A stretch of 64,000 bases of DNA from Thelocarpon superellum (GCA_026025795.1 JAPEUG010000010.1:1-64000); one strand, 5' to 3'. Counted from the stretch's first letter, positions 11,574-25,480 are shown. A program made the numbers and translations. The notes: a model not told the origin generated them from the sequence alone.

Positions 11574-14246
11574 CTACCAGGCTCCAGCAGTGCTTGCATT
11601 GCCCGCGCCCCAATCACCCGGCCCCGCACTTCCCTCAGCCTTGTCGGCCTTCGGCGCATGGGCCTTGGATCCGGTCCAAATGCCGCCGCCGGCCTGGCTC
11701 TGGTCCCGTACGCTGCCGGGGGCCTTGGAGCTAGCCGATTTGGCACCCGCGTCGCCGCCCGTCGAGGTGGACTGCACCCAGGGTGGCATTAGTTTGAACC
11801 TAGAAGCATTCGTGAGGGAGGAGGTGGAGGGGTCAACCTTGGCCTTGAGCAACTCCTCGATGATCTCATCCTTGGACAGGCCGCGGAGGCGCCGCTTCTC
11901 CTCCTCCGGATCGTCCACCACCTTCATATCCAGGAGCTGCTCCACTTCCTCTATTGATGCATTAGCCAGGCGCCGGGTCGGCCGTGCGAAGGAGGTGGGT
12001 CGGTACCTTTCGACCGATATTTGAACACAAACACGGCATAGGGATTCTCGGGCGTGTCCATGTACACGGGACGGTGCTGAAAATTGGCGAAATGCGCCGC
12101 ACGACCAGGTCGCACGTGATACGATTTGCCGTGTCCGTCGCCGTAGTTCTCCGGCTTCATCGAAAAGCGAGGGTCTTCCGGAGGTTCCTCGGCCAAGTAG
12201 ACGCCGGCGGACCGTCGTTCGGCAGCGCTCTTCCGCTTGTCCGGGACCACGGGCATCGTGGCGTCCTTCCAGGTGGTCCAGTACGGCTTGACGACAAAGG
12301 CATCCGCCGGGCCAAGATGATGCACGACAGACCCTTGCGCCACGGGCACGGTTCGTCCCACTGTTGATCCCCTGGCTCGAATGCCCAGGCCGTGCTCTCC
12401 ACCGGTCCCATGATCCCAGGATGGCATGCCCGTGTTAGCAGGTGCGGCGTCGCTCTGGCTGTCGTGTGGCAGGCCATGATGCCATGCCGACGGCGCGGCC
12501 GCTCCTGTTCCCGCGTCGTCTACTTTCGTCATGTTGTCGCCCGCATCCCACGACGCATTGACATCATTGTTGCCCGTAGGCTCATCGCCTTTCCACGTCT
12601 GCTCACCTGCCTTGGTCGCTGTCTGCCAATCGTCGTCCCGATTCTTGCCTTTCTTGTCCCAGCTGTCCGTCGGGGTTGGGCCAGGTTTGTGCTCCCCTTT
12701 GGCCTGACGTTCGGTCGGTCGGTAGGATTGGCCACTGCTCTGGCCTCCCCAGGCAGGAGTCTGCCAAGAATCCTTTGGCACCGCGCTACCCTGATGATAG
12801 GAGTTGTCGTCAGGGGGAGATCCACTCTCATCCCACGCCACAGGACTAACCTTGTGCTGTCCGTCTCGACTCGACCGAGACTCGTGGTCCGAGGCCCGGT
12901 TGCCTCCGCTTCCGCCAAAGTGACCGGTCTCGGCATCTGCCCAAGATCCACGGGCGGGCGGTATGGTGGGGCTGTGCGACGAAGTGCGACGGTGGCCGCC
13001 GGATGCATACGGCACATTGGCACTCGACGGATGGTACACGCCCGTTCCAACCTGGATCAACACGGTAGGTGAGGCTGACGCTCCGCTGCGGTAGGGAGGG
13101 CTAGGTCGCCGACCATGGCTCCCGCTGTCGTGACTCGGGTGTGGAGCGGTATCGCACGTGTCCCAGTGTCCCTGGTTAGGGAGCTTTGGAGAGTCCATCC
13201 GTTCCGGTCGCTCGTGCCGATCATTATCCCCAGGTTGCACAGCGTCAGTGTGGTGTCGATGTCGGGCGGATTGACTCCATGACGGCTTCGTCTCGCGCCC
13301 TGTCGAGTCATACCCCTACCGTGGCGGAGTGAGCAGCCGGATTCTAATCCTTTGCACAAGTCGCCCTCCGGCGGGAGACCTACCTCCCAATGTTCTCGAC
13401 GCTGTCCCGGGGGACGCGACCAAGGCGGCTCGTCCCAATTGCCGTCAAGGCCACAAGACAATCCCAGCCAAGTTCCCTTGTCATCCCCGGCACCGTCGAA
13501 CAGCCCTCCGAGATCGCCAAAGCCTGGTGAACTCGGTCGATCAACGGGCTTGATGGACGTGCCGGGCTTCCTATTGAGCGTGGGTCCGGTGTCAGATCCC
13601 AAGGGTCGTTTGTGGCTCATGCGACCTTTGCCTTTCGTTACGTGCTCATGGTGAGATGTCTGACGAGCTGCTTGCGGGCCGACCCGTTGATTGCGGGCCG
13701 ACTTGTCGGCTTGCAGCTCGGCTTCAGACCACCACCCGCCGTATCGCTGACAGCGGAGGACAACAACTTCGATGGTGCCAAGATGCTCCGCGGCGGCAGG
13801 CCTGGCGGTCGTGAGAGAAGTGAGCACGCCCGACTCTATGAAGACCCGGTCAGTTCACTGGCATGACATTCATCAGATGTCGTACCGGTGCTGAGCTTGG
13901 CGAAGCTCCATTCCTTGCCATACCAGCTTCCATTCGGCAGCTTCTGCTCCCGCTGTCTCACGCGAAAGTCGATTTCACAGTCGGTGGGGTCCGACGTCGA
14001 CTCGGGCGTCTCCAGACCGTAAATATTGCGATTGCATTGGTATACACCATCCATGTAAACGAACATTGCAAGCCCTGGGGCAATGTATCCTTTCGAGGTG
14101 AGGTGGACGCTGAATGGCGTCGAGATGGGCGGCACGGTCACAAAGGTCTGCACGAATCCATCAGAGTACACGGTGCCATACTCGCGCAATGGAACGTCTG
14201 ACCTAGACCACTCGATCTGGCAGGTGAGCTGCTTGAGGGTTGGCAT
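11574..14246 (-). CDS. Conserved ascomycete hypothetical protein (N-terminal beta-rich domain, possibly DUF7918-like; long Trp-dotted disordered C-terminal part); ~4 exons
   Basis: The N-terminus MPTLKQLTCQIEW...GYIAPGLAMFVYMDGVYQCNRN and the segment LGTIEVVVLRC resemble a recurrent fungal family (from recall). Consecutive minus-strand ORFs are joined by GT-AG introns (e.g. 13885-13802). Confidence 0.8.
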
Positions 14247-16445
14247 GGCCGAGATTGCGTTTCATCTGCTGGGGGGACGGGTGACGATAAATTCTGTAGA
14301 GTGACGGCGGTTGCAGGAAAGTGACGGAGACTGGACTTTGGACGGTAAGGAAGACGTCGGAATATGAAGCAGGTTGCACCTGTTACCTACCTATTTGTTG
14401 GATGATGAGTGAATATATTCATCAGAACCAGTCCTTTGTCTTAGTTGCTACACGCACGTTGCAGGGTGAAGGCACTGGCCGGAGGAAATCGCAGCCCGGC
14501 CCAACTGCCTGGCTTCTTGTTGGTGAATGGACGAGGTCACGATAGCTCTTATGCTTCAAGGAATATGGCAATAACTCTACCCAAGTTGATCCCGCGTCTC
14601 GATTTCTTTGCGAATAAGACGAAACGACCGCAAAAAGACTCCTTGCGGATTTGCACACCCGCGCGCGAAGAAAAAAGCCAAGTAGTGAGTAGAGCAGGTA
14701 GATATATCTCTTGCGACATACATTTAGGAGACACTCATGCTACTTGCGTTCCACTCCCTCTGGTGTCAGGCACTCGTCGCCTCCAAGAAACATTGAGTCG
14801 TGCACGATCCATGCGTGGAAGCCTTTACTCTTCAGTCTCAGACTTCAAGTCAACCGTACTGGAGCTCCTGAACGGGAGAATAGTGAGTGGTTCCCGTTGT
14901 GCTGCTTATGTAAGAGACAAGAGAAGCACGGCCGATCTCCGTTCCTCAGCGTTCGCGCGCTGAAAGAACGTCACACGCCCTGCACCAACGTCAACATACC
15001 GATGAGGCAACATCGTGGTCTAGCCAGCTGCAACGTGACCATTTCGTGGGACTCTGCGTATCCATACTTCGTATACATGGCCGTCAGATAGGTTGGAAAT
15101 GAATGAATGATTTAAAACTCACTCTTGTGAAGTAGGAGGATGTCCATCACAGCCAATGGGGTCCTGCAGTCAGTTCATCGATTGCCAAACGCGACACTGC
15201 AATGTCAATATGTCACGCTCGGCAAGGACACGACATCAGTCTACCAACGCGGTCTTCATTAGCTTTGAGTGGCGGCTGTGCACTATACTCATCGTGCTCA
15301 GATGCCTCGCTCATGGAGGTAGATTAATTCCTCAAGCAAGGCGTCCAAGTGGATATGATAGCCCACTGCAAACGCGTCCTTGGAGGGCAGCTCCTGATGG
15401 GCTGATCCTGATGGAGGGTGGGATCGGGCGTGGAGACTGGCCGAGGGGATGCTGCCCAGCCTCACAGTAGTCCACTCGTTTCGACTTGCTCGCTCGAGAC
15501 GGTCAGCAGGTCGGAACCGGACACGGCACCGCTCACCGGTTGGCTCCGGCGCATGCACCTAGACCGACGTGCAGAGCGCCAAGAGCGTTCGTACTCGTAC
15601 CATGGCTTCACTGACCGAAAGCGCTCGCAAGTGCTTATCTGGGGGCACAACGGGGCCCAAGACCGCATCCGAGTCCTCTCTCGCAGAACGCTGGGTGAGG
15701 TTCGCTTCTACTCGTGGCAGGCCTTCATGTCTCTGACGAATAGGAAACGATAGCGATGAGCCTATTGCAACTGCGGTCTGATGAGTCGCCGTTCCACACC
15801 GCTGGTCGACTTCCAGGGCTTCCGCACCTCTTCGGTGGTAGAGTGATGGCAAGAGGCTTGTGGTGGGTATGAGCAAATGATGATCGGGTGGGACCATGAA
15901 TCGTGCCGCGAGCGTTGGCCGCGGAATGGCACGGTCCCCACGTTCCGCTCGTCTATCAGCGACGCCAAACGCCCGACTAGAGTGACCGGCGAAGGTGCCT
16001 CTCAGCTTATTCGCCCTAGGGCGAGCGAAACCTTGGCCAAAGGGTCACTCGGGCATGCGATGCCGACGGCTACTGCAGCCTGGGGGCCCGAATCTGACAT
16101 GCACGCGAATGGCGGACCACCCCACGCCAATTGTCCACGTCGGCAGTCGACGGTGAGTGGTCGCCTCACTTTGGAGTCCGACGGAGCCGGACACCGGCCG
16201 ATGCGGGCATGCGTGGACGTCGCACCCCGCCGCCCTCGCCCTCTTGCCTGAGGCTCCAACTTCTCGCCCTGCTCGTCGATAAGTGTCCACGATTCCCCCT
16301 AATATGGAACATGTCCTCAAACTTCTCGTCGATCGTGACCCGACTGCTCGACTCAACCGATTCCACTTGACCCCAGTCATCGTGGTGATTGAGACAGCTG
16401 AGCAAACGTGAACTGACCATCACCAAAGCGGAGCACTGGACCACC

Positions 16446-18557
16446 ATGACCGCCATGGATCTTCCTGTCGACCCGATTCAAGATGCCCTACAGCGGGCCA
16501 AACAAAGCTTCCTCACCTCGCATCCGCACCTCTCCGACGACGAGGCCGAAAGACTCTGGTCACAGCGCTTCACCGCCGCCGTGGGAGCGATGACGCATGC
16601 CAACGCAAAAACCGAGAATGCTTACCCCAACCGCCGACCGATGCGACCACGTCGACAGTCACAATCGGACCGGAGCTTCCCCTTTGGTGGTTCCGTGATG
16701 CAGCGACAGGCCTCCGTACGAACCTCCGTCTTGCCGCCTCTGAGGACCCCCATTAACGAGGTCTAGGGACGCGGCTTCGATTTGGTCCGGACCCAGAATT
16801 TTTCCCACCAGTCAGCCCCGGCCGCGGTACCGCTGTCCAACACACGCTCGCGCCTCTCCTGCGGTTCCGAGCACATGCCCCCTCCGGATGTGGCGGCGAA
16901 CATGTCAAACGCGGACATATCCTGTCTCTCGCCCCTGGCAATCGCTGCCTGGCAAGTGATCGACGCCCCTTTCAATGCCTACGCGGCGCAACAGCCGCCG
17001 ATGTCGATACCGCGACGGACGAGCGGACAGCAATGTACGCTACCGCAGTTGGATGAGGACACCAACTTTGGCGAGCAGCCGTCCGAGTTTCTCACGCGGA
17101 CGCTGTTGACCGACGACGACCTGACCGCCACATCTTCACCCACCGTACCCCTCTTCTCGCAACTCTTCCATCCCTTCCCCGACACAACGTGCACCTTTGG
17201 CAGCGCCTTCGATGCCGACGCCTGGTGTAGGACGCAGTCGACGGCCGGCCTGACGACGGCGACGACGGCGACGAGCAATAGCATGAGCCGACAGCCCAGC
17301 CTCATAAGCAACACCCTCTGCGGCCCGTTGGACTTGATGCGGATGGCATCGCATGACCCACTGTCAGGCTCGTACGGTAACGCGGATCTCTCACCCGTCA
17401 CCAATGCTCCCTCCTTCGCTGTTGGCGTTGACCAGCTTGATCAGTATATGCAGAAGAACCTCGCGCATGACCTGCGAGGAGCGGGTGGCATGGGGGATGC
17501 GGGACCGCAGGCCTACGGCGCGATCGGAGACGCCCCCGTGCCCGTCTCGAAGATTTCCGAGGAGATGGAACGCTCAGGGTCCAGCGACAGCTCGGGCTCC
17601 ATCTCATCTACCGAGTCCGCCCGACGACGACGGCAGGGACACATACGCAACTCACGTCGGCCCATCGCACCCAAGGCATCTGGCGATGAGGCACTGCAGT
17701 CGCCTTCACGCCAACCTCTGGCGCGAGCCGGGGCCGTCTGCGGCGACAAGCGTGCCATTGCCAAATCAACACCGAAGCGACGGCAGCTACCCCGCGTCAT
17801 GTGCACCAAGTGCAACGTCAATGCCAAGGGATTCAAAGGCGAGCACGAGCTTCAGCGACATGTGGAACGCGAGCACGGTCCTCAGCGGCGCACGTGGCAG
17901 TGTGTGGATGCCTCGCACGAGGGCGGCCCCGTGGCGATCCCCCCGCTCGGCGACTGCAAGGCCTGCCGCACGAGCAAGAAATACGGCATCGATTACAATG
18001 CCGTAGCGCACCTCCGCCGCACCCACTTCAAACATCTCAACGGACAAATCGAGCTCGATGGCACCACCAAGGGTGCGGGGGGCAATAGCGGAGGCATTCA
18101 TCCGAGCATGGACGAACTCCGTCGGTGGTTGGTGGAGGTCATAGAAACGAACGACGACGACGAGGCACTGGTGCCGACGAGCGACGCCATCCGTGATGGC
18201 GCTGTGTGTGACATGACGATGGAGGTCGAAGCGGAGGAGGACGAGGACGAGGACGAGGACTTGATCTCGCCATCCAGCGAAGCCATCGCCCAGGCCTCGC
18301 CAGAGACGTACGAAGCGAACGGTACCTTCGGCATTGCACCTCCTGACGATCTCGACATGTCAGGAGACGTCGACGCGGCCTTCCTCCACATGAGCACTTC
18401 TTCGTCCCCCGTCCTCGACGGCACGACGACTTTCTACGACGCACGCAACTTTGACTCGAGTCAAGTTGGGTCGCATGCCTCCCCCTTTTTTGATGCCTTT
18501 CTCGAACATTCATCGCTCGGCGATGACCACACCTTCCCCGTGTCCTACAGTTCGTGA
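16446..18557 (+). CDS. KLAP1 (key lime pathogenicity)-like zinc-finger protein / putative transcription factor; exons 16446-16715 and 16767-18557
   Basis: CTKC..GFKGEHELQRHVEREH...CKAC..KKYGIDYNAVAHLRRTHF signature. The phase-0 intron GTACGA..TTAAC..TAG joins two ORFs. Confidence 0.85.
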
Positions 18558-21192
18558 CCTGCCCTGCAGGTCCTTGCACTTGACTCGGTTAGATCCTCTT
18601 GGGTCCACGATCCCGTCATGATCTCTTCCTGATCTTTTCGGTTCTTATTCACTATCTCATTCCTGCTTAAGCATCATGCTTGATCCGCTTCCTGGTTTTG
18701 CTCTCTTTGGGATTTGATTGATGGAGGAAATCGACGTCATGTTCGGCGACGGATGATGAACCTCTCGTCACGCGAGAGGTTGACACGTCGTCGGAGGTTG
18801 CTGGGAAGGTCTTCCTTCTCCAGCGCCTCGCTTCCTTTTCCCCTTGACGATTCGATGTATGAACCTGTTGATGCCGATGCCATCCTCTAGTCTCTCTGCT
18901 AGGGCTATCTACTCGGCGATCTTTCTCCCGCTCCTGCTCGCCTTCTCCCATCACTTTCCTGGGCGAGTAAGTTGCAGTGTATCATATCTTTACTCGGTGA
19001 TGCCAATTGAGATCACGTTAACCACCAACCATGAGCCCGTGCGTGGTTTCGTAGGGTGACTAGGGAGCTGGTTTGTAGCACGTAATCCTTTGCTCTCACT
19101 CTGTCGTGCCTACCGACTAGGTGGTTAGTGCCCAGGTAACGCCAACACTACGGTACGTCGTGCAACGTAAGGCCGCCCACGACAACATCACCCAACGTCG
19201 CACCGCTGAGTGGCTCAGCCCTTGAGGCGACGGTAGGTTGCTTCGTTCCGGTCCCTACCTGCCAGGTAACAGTATGGTAAGTAGGCGGCGGTTCAAAGGA
19301 AAAGGGATGGAATTACGACCGAGGTTGGCTTATCAACGAAAAGATTGCCATGGCCCATGCGATTGGCAAGCGTGGTCCGCCGACGTGACACGGCTCGAGC
19401 CCCTTTTCAACCGTAGTGGGTAGTCGCAATAAGATCGACGTCGTTCCGGCACACGCATGCATGTGGATAATTTAATCCCCACAAGCGCTTTGCACAAATG
19501 CACGGTGCCGAAGGATAAATTGAGGATGGTGAGGAGTCAGCATCCGTGGCCGCGTCGTCACGTTTCAGTCTCGTGGCCCGCGCAGCGATCGTCGCGGCCA
19601 CAAGATTTCCACAGCGACGACCCGGCGCGGAGGGTCGGTCGATACGAGCAGTGAAACCCGGTCACTCACTCGCCTAGACGAGGGATGGCACAAGGCTGTA
19701 GCGGTCCACTCTTTGTGCGACAATCATACTATGGTTAGTGCCCAGGTCACGATCTTCAAGCTACAGGGTCCATGTCCTGTTCCACACCGGTTGTATGGAG
19801 GGATACTTGCATGTCGATGAAACCCCCCATGCCAGTCGCCAGTTTCCATGCTATTTAATTTTAGATCCGACCCTACGCCGTGTTCGTCGGGCGCCTGACG
19901 ACATCCAATCTAGGCTGCATTGCTTTGTGGTCGGTGGAACGCGGAATTTAATGCTACCACTCACAAAGTGGACCTGCGATTTTCATTCACGGTCGCAAGT
20001 ACTGGTGGTGGGAACAACAGAAGAAGCGAAGGTCATGTAACGCGCTGCGGAGGCGCCGCGGCGGCCGTGACCGCGGAGTTGCATAGGCCATCGAGTAGAA
20101 GAAACCGCCGTTCACGACAACGGATCCGGTTCACCAGGATTGCCGATTCTCTGAACCGACCGCTGACTATCGTATCGACAGGCTGCTCCACGGGTCCGTC
20201 GCCACCCATAAGCCAGACGTGGGGTGGGCACAGGGACGAGGGCAAGACAAAAGGGCATCCTAGACTAAGCAGACCAACCGAACGAAATACTCGTCCTAGT
20301 CAGCCTTCGGTAGAGGAGGGCGGAGCACGATCGAGTCCGAGGGAGGGGAGCACGGGTAAAGCATTGATCGTGCGGCTGCCCATGCCAATCACTTCCTTCT
20401 TCAGCCGCACCCAGTCTTTGCCGCTTTGCGGCCAGGTGCCGTGGCGCCTTTGGTGCTTTGCAGCTGCAGTACTATAGGTACACGAACTCATGCCTTGGGA
20501 AAGTCGTCGTCGGAGTATGTCCGACGACGGTCGGCGGCGCGCGGGGCACAGCCATGCCACCATGGCCAGTGATGACGGGTGGGAGCGCGATGAGTGAGCG
20601 AGGACCTTGGCCATCATCTCCATGGCGGGGCCGGCGGAGCTAGAAGCATCTCGACGCGGCCAGAGGCGCTCACGACCCAGTCGCCTCGGGGACCGACCGC
20701 TTCCCGACCGCACCGTTGACCCGCATTGTCCCCGTGGTCGATCATGTTTCACCCCAATAACCTTGGCAACTCGCGCGACGGGAGTTCTGCAGACGGCGCA
20801 TTGCTTATTACTCTTAGTCCCGAGCTTGTCAATTTGGTACGCCCGACAACGCTAGGGTGTCCCATGCAAATCATCAATCGTCACGCGTGGCGGAACCGGG
20901 GTTTGTGTGGGTGGAGGGAGAGGGCGGGGAGGCAAAAGGCGGAGTGGCCGCTGTGCACGCCGAGGGTACATGCTGCCGGTGGGATGTTGCGCATGAACGC
21001 ATCATCTTTCATCCTCCACCCTTCCACCTTGCCCGACATCCTTCCAGGGTCAGCTCCGCTGGCCTCGTCCTGCAGTTGTTTCCGGGGCATTGCCTGGCTC
21101 CGCCATGAAGCCGACGTCCTTCAACGCTCTTCATCTCCCGTGTTCCATGGTCTGACGTGACCGTCATCCTCCTCCCTCCAGCTGCGATCGCC

Positions 21193-23499
21193 ATGGCCTT
21201 GGTGATGGCCTCTGCCAGTCCCGATGGCCACGACTCCCCCCGGGCACGGGTCTCACGTGTCACGGAGATGTTGAACGATGTGGAGAAACAGATCAAGCAA
21301 TACATCTTAGAACAACGCGCGCGAGAACGGTCCGAAGCGGCTGAGCCTCAGACGCCGCCGCCCCTCCTCCCTCGAACGACCTACTCGCCTTTCCCTTCCT
21401 CCTCTGCCCGCTCTCCGCCCCGGCTGCCAGCGTCCAAACTGGCCATCCCTCAAGAATCGCCGCGCTCCGACGATATTCCGCTCGACCTCATCTTCAATAC
21501 CCCCCAGACTCAGATATCGCCCGCACGTTCACCTGCACGGTGCGAGTTGAGCCGCCGCGGCGCCACGTTGCTTCGCGTGGACAGCGCCACGGCCGATGCG
21601 AACGATCTGCGCAGTCAACAATGGAGCCGAGAGAGCAATGAGCAGGACGAACGCCTACACCCCGGGCCAGACCTGCGCGACACCGACCGCTCCGTCATTC
21701 CCAACCTCCCATCCCCGCCGGCCAGTGTCACCGGGGGTGGTCTCGCGATGCCCACAGCCCCCCGTACGCCTGCATCGCAACACCGTACCGGGCCTGTACC
21801 ACCGCTTACGCCACCGTCCGCAAGGCTCAACGACGGTGCACGGCGACGCTCGCGCTCTTTGTCTCACATCAAACCCGCGCCGTTAAAGCTGGAGCCTCTT
21901 CCTCCTGCCCATCTCCGCTCGATCTCGGCCTGCCAACACGCGCCGAACATGGCCACGGCCCCGGCCACGGCCAATGCCACTTCCTCCTCAACGAATCTCT
22001 CCTCCAAGGTGCAGCCTCCTATCCCGACGGGTATCGAGCACGACCGTCGACGGTCTGCGCCGACCTCACCGACGCTCTTGATGGAGTCTCCGACCAGATC
22101 GCCGCCGTCGCTGTTCCTCCAAGATGGAAGCCTTCGGCGCACCATCCTCGTGGATCACTCCGACCGCCTTAACGAGGCACTGCGGTTCGACGAGAGACTC
22201 GCTCGGCCCCTGCTTCCGTCACCGAAGGAACTCGGGCCAATGTGGCAAGAACTGCCCCCAACGCCGCGCTCCGAAGCGCCCTCTAAGATGCTCGATCCGC
22301 GCAAGTGGCTCCCCACAAAGCACACCATGTCTCCGAAACGCGCCGAATCCGCTGCCAAATCCAAGGCCAAGACGAAGGTGAAGCAGGAAAAGCGGTCTCC
22401 CAGCAAGCGGCCCGGCCATGCCCGAAAATGGACGGTCGGCGAGGGCATGACTGAGCTTCTGAGTAGGCGCATGTTCTCGCGACTAGAGGTGGATGAAATG
22501 ATTGACACGTCAGCCCTCTCGCCGCGCCGAGTCTCCGCACGGACGGAGGAAGACGAAGACGTTCGCACGGCTGGCCCGCGGGAATTATCCCGTCGGACCG
22601 CCACTGATCGTGCCTTTGGTCAGCAACTTGCTTTGCCACGAGGCAAATTGGCCCTGACGGCCGCAGCGGTGGGACTCCGTCGTGTCCCGGTCAGCACGCA
22701 AGGAAATCCTCGCGGCTCGGGGCTCGGGCCCAACCACCTCCGCGTGGCATCGGCCGAGCCCCCACGGGTCTCGGGGCCGGTGGTGCATCACCAGCGGGTA
22801 GCCTCGGCCCACACGCCACGAATGAAGCCCACGGGCGCGCAGCCCAATCTCTTCACGATCACGGAAAGCGCGCCCGCGCAGATTGGCGACCGAGATGGCA
22901 TGACATGGGCTGCGCCAACGCGGCCGCCAAGACCGTCGAACGGTCAGCTCCCCGAGACTCGACGCTCCAGAGCTGACCTTCCTGTCCTCGTGGGGCCGTG
23001 GCCGCTCTCGCCGACCTTTGTTCACGGCCCGATCCGGCTAGAGCTCTCGTCGCCGCAGGAACCCCAGATGCGCAAGTCGTCGACTGACACTCTTGACTGG
23101 ACGGCCTTCCAGATGGCCATCAGCGGTCCCACGGGTGACTACCTGATGGGCGGCGACACCTCTTCCGACCAGGTGGTCGACAACGACGTGGCGGAGTGGT
23201 TTACGTCGTACGGGTTCACGTCCGAAGGACGGATGGTGGAGCACGACGAGGTGAAGGAGACAGACGAGGAGGCCGAATCGCCGTCATGGTCTCCGCCGGT
23301 CGAGCTCCCCGCACTCGACTCCACCGCCACTAGTGCGCGAACCTCGGCGATGAGGGTCGAGGGTGACGACTACGAGAAGCAAGTGGTGCAGGATGTCGAT
23401 GAGCTTCTGGGCGCCGGCAAAATGAGTGCGAACCTGAATGACCTGGGCGATTATCTCAGCTTCGAGACCTATCACGTCGGCGCCACGGACGATGCCTGA
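21193..23499 (+). CDS. Pro/Ser/Arg-rich hypothetical protein (~768 aa, single exon)
   Basis: 2.3 kb ORF with coding-like codon usage. Ordered-looking C-terminal block LDWTAFQMAISGPTGDYLMG...EWFTSYGF. First ATG at 21193. Confidence 0.85.
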   Translation: MALVMASASPDGHDSPRARVSRVTEMLNDVEKQIKQYILEQRARERSEAAEPQTPPPLLPRTTYSPFPSSSARSPPRLPASKLAIPQESPRSDDIPLDLIFNTPQTQISPARSPARCELSRRGATLLRVDSATADANDLRSQQWSRESNEQDERLHPGPDLRDTDRSVIPNLPSPPASVTGGGLAMPTAPRTPASQHRTGPVPPLTPPSARLNDGARRRSRSLSHIKPAPLKLEPLPPAHLRSISACQHAPNMATAPATANATSSSTNLSSKVQPPIPTGIEHDRRRSAPTSPTLLMESPTRSPPSLFLQDGSLRRTILVDHSDRLNEALRFDERLARPLLPSPKELGPMWQELPPTPRSEAPSKMLDPRKWLPTKHTMSPKRAESAAKSKAKTKVKQEKRSPSKRPGHARKWTVGEGMTELLSRRMFSRLEVDEMIDTSALSPRRVSARTEEDEDVRTAGPRELSRRTATDRAFGQQLALPRGKLALTAAAVGLRRVPVSTQGNPRGSGLGPNHLRVASAEPPRVSGPVVHHQRVASAHTPRMKPTGAQPNLFTITESAPAQIGDRDGMTWAAPTRPPRPSNGQLPETRRSRADLPVLVGPWPLSPTFVHGPIRLELSSPQEPQMRKSSTDTLDWTAFQMAISGPTGDYLMGGDTSSDQVVDNDVAEWFTSYGFTSEGRMVEHDEVKETDEEAESPSWSPPVELPALDSTATSARTSAMRVEGDDYEKQVVQDVDELLGAGKMSANLNDLGDYLSFETYHVGATDDA

Positions 23500-25452
23500 T
23501 GACGCGACGGGCGCAAAGGGGATGGAGGGCTACACGGATGGCGTGATGGTCTTCGAAAAGGCGTTGCAATATTGCTGCGTCATGATACCATTCTTCCCTG
23601 GTTTTTCTTTCCACTGCAGCTTGGTTGGCTTTGAGCGGGTACTTCAACCACAGGATACCCTCCATAGGACACACGTTCGTTACGGGATGATTGGGATTTG
23701 ATGTCCGAACCCAAATAAACATTCAACCGCAGCTCCTGTAAGATGTTATCTTACATGCCAACTTGGCGTAATAGATCTCGCGGCATGCTTGATTCATTGA
23801 CGTATCATCGACGCGATACCCACCCTTGAAGGCGGGGGATCTACCCCCAAACACAACTTCCTACAATCACCGAACATGGGGATGCTAGACGATCTTTGTG
23901 CAGTACCCTTCCCTTCCCTTGCCGCCCTATGCTTCAAGCAGCATGACGTCGCACCGCGGTGTATCATCAGCGATCGAGTCTCCCTCCCATCTAACCAAGC
24001 TGCAATAATGTCAGGGGTTGAGTCTACTATTTCTACTCGACCTGCTGGTCGCCAGATTCCTATACAGATCGAGGGATGGATGGTGCCGTGCAGTCGGGTG
24101 TGTGGACCGGTTTCTAAGCGTCGCGGGAAGGGGGGAGGGGGGACGTATGTTAGGCAAGGTGGACGGATGACTAAGGGCGGGCCTGGCCCTCGGTACTGTA
24201 GGGGGCTCATACGGGAGCTCTCGTCGTCTGACTGCAATACTGCACGTGACATACCCTGGTTGTATAATAGCACGCAGGATAGCTTCCGCAGAAGAGATCA
24301 CCCGTTGCAGTGGCTCTTCTGGGACTCGTCAGTATTCATGAAGCTACGGGCGCCACCACGGCTACATATTGTCATAGGCTAAATGTATTGGAGAGCGTGT
24401 GCCTGTGAGCATGTAGCACCATATTCGTCGGTGTACATCGATCGTTCGTGCATCTACGAGGTGGTATCAGATATCCAGTAAAGGTATGGATCATCGCAAA
24501 CACTCCCCTAGATGTTGGTGCCTCTATCAACTCTAGATCTCCGTCGGAATGCTTGGATGAGCATCCTCGTCCCGATTCTCAATCACTAAAACTCCAAACG
24601 AGACGCCGGTTTCCCTGCCGGCGCGACACAACTCAGGTCTAAGCCTAGTCCAGTGATAGAAGTCGCTGTCCAGGTGTCCTCCACGCCCCGGAGCAGTGTG
24701 AGCCAGGAGAAAAGTATCGTACGGGCGGTCAAGCCACGAGTTGTGGCGTCACCTCTTGCCCTTGGCCGTTCAAAACGTACTACCGTCAGATTCGGTCAGG
24801 TCGTTAACATTGCCATCAAAAAGCCGCCCCAGGTCCCGTCGTAGCTCATGCACCTCCGAATGCCACCCTCGTCCGGCCGAGAAAGATATAGATGCGTCGC
24901 CGCAGACGAAAATCCCGGTCAAGAATCCGGGTTGTGTCGCATCACGGCCCCACGACAATCGCCACTTCGCGTGGGTCTCGTTCCCGGCCTCGGCCTTTTT
25001 CTCGGAGCGCCTCGGCTTGCTGGGCCAAGGTCTTGGTGAGTCGCCGTCGCGGCGGCGGTGGTCGGCGAGTCGACGCGTACGGTTGTCGCTCCAACACAGG
25101 CAGCGGCTGCGTCGTGAGCGCGTGAGAGCGTGCAGCGTGCCTGGGCACGTAGGGTGCCGGTCGCTCCGCGCCCTTCTCTGAAAGCGGATCCGACGGAGGC
25201 GCTCGAGCTCGATCTCGACCAAGCATGCGACGGAGGAGGACGACGAGTCGTTTCCGCCGATGGCGAAAGGACCCGGGGAATGAATGTTGCTTCTGCGGAA
25301 TGATCAGGACCGCAGCCAGGGTGGATCACCGAGAGACATGGCAGGCGTTGCGGGCAGGATGCATACCTCTGAAGGGTGCCGGGAGAACATTGCAGCGGCC
25401 GTCACCGTCACAAAATAGAGAGAGCGGCGACGGACCTGGCGGATCGATGAGG

Positions 25453-25480
25453 TGGAGAAAACGACGCGTCGTTTTCTCCA
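25453..25480. repeat. Perfect 28-bp palindrome TGGAGAAAACGACG|CGTCGTTTTCTCCA
   Basis: The two 14-bp arms are exact reverse complements with no spacer. Confidence 0.95.
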
